From: Octopus bimaculoides
Lineage: Eukaryota
Direction: 5' to 3'
DNA: 64,000 bases
Assembly: GCF_001194135.2 (NCBI RefSeq)
Contig: NC_068983.1
Location: 59,540,508 to 59,604,507, forward strand
Shown: positions 63,932-64,000 of the stretch, one piece after another
Position numbering within the stretch: position 1 is the stretch's first letter
Layout: each line of letters begins with the position of its first letter
The notes under the pieces: generated by a model
The model's input: the letters and a program-made list of their open reading frames with translations, nothing else
What the model was told of the DNA's origin: nothing
The model's database searches: none
Program-made: the position numbers and the translations under genes

Positions 63932-64000
63932 CTAAACAGGAGAACTGTTTCTGATGCATCTCTGTATTTGTCTTCTGGGTCGTGCAACCAAGTATGGTGT

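Noticed and set aside
1-64000. ORFs in the supplied track as genes (e.g. 54062-54820, 36567-36959, 6006-6341, 30715-31107, 41362-41824)
   Set aside because: They are translations of (CA/TG/TA/CT) or trinucleotide microsatellites, N-gaps or SINE sequence, with no recognisable domains.

Overview
Strongly AT-rich, repeat-dense eukaryotic scaffold with six N-gaps, nearly all beside (TA)n/(TG)n tracts. The SINE, LINE and microsatellite content looks like a coleoid cephalopod, most likely Octopus (inference from repeat families I recall, not from a search). No protein-coding gene can be named. Most ORFs in the supplied track are translations of microsatellites or SINEs. Several short exon-like segments with good splice sites, mostly on the minus strand, suggest the window may lie inside a large intron-rich gene. 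Confident content: >35 copies of several tRNA-derived SINE families (labelled A, B, C here), decayed RTE-clade LINE pieces, TTAA/piggyBac-type MITEs, a hAT-type MITE, an internally deleted maT-like (DD37D) Tc1/mariner element and Penelope-like remnants. The most interesting item is a 414-bp insertion at 47976-48389 with a 12-bp target-site duplication. It has a tRNA-like Pol III head between two ~135-bp inverted arms, and each arm carries a minimal type-I hammerhead ribozyme motif of the Penelope type. It is a candidate SINE/retrozyme mobilised by Penelope-like elements. Repeat boundaries are approximate except where TSD or TIR positions are quoted.
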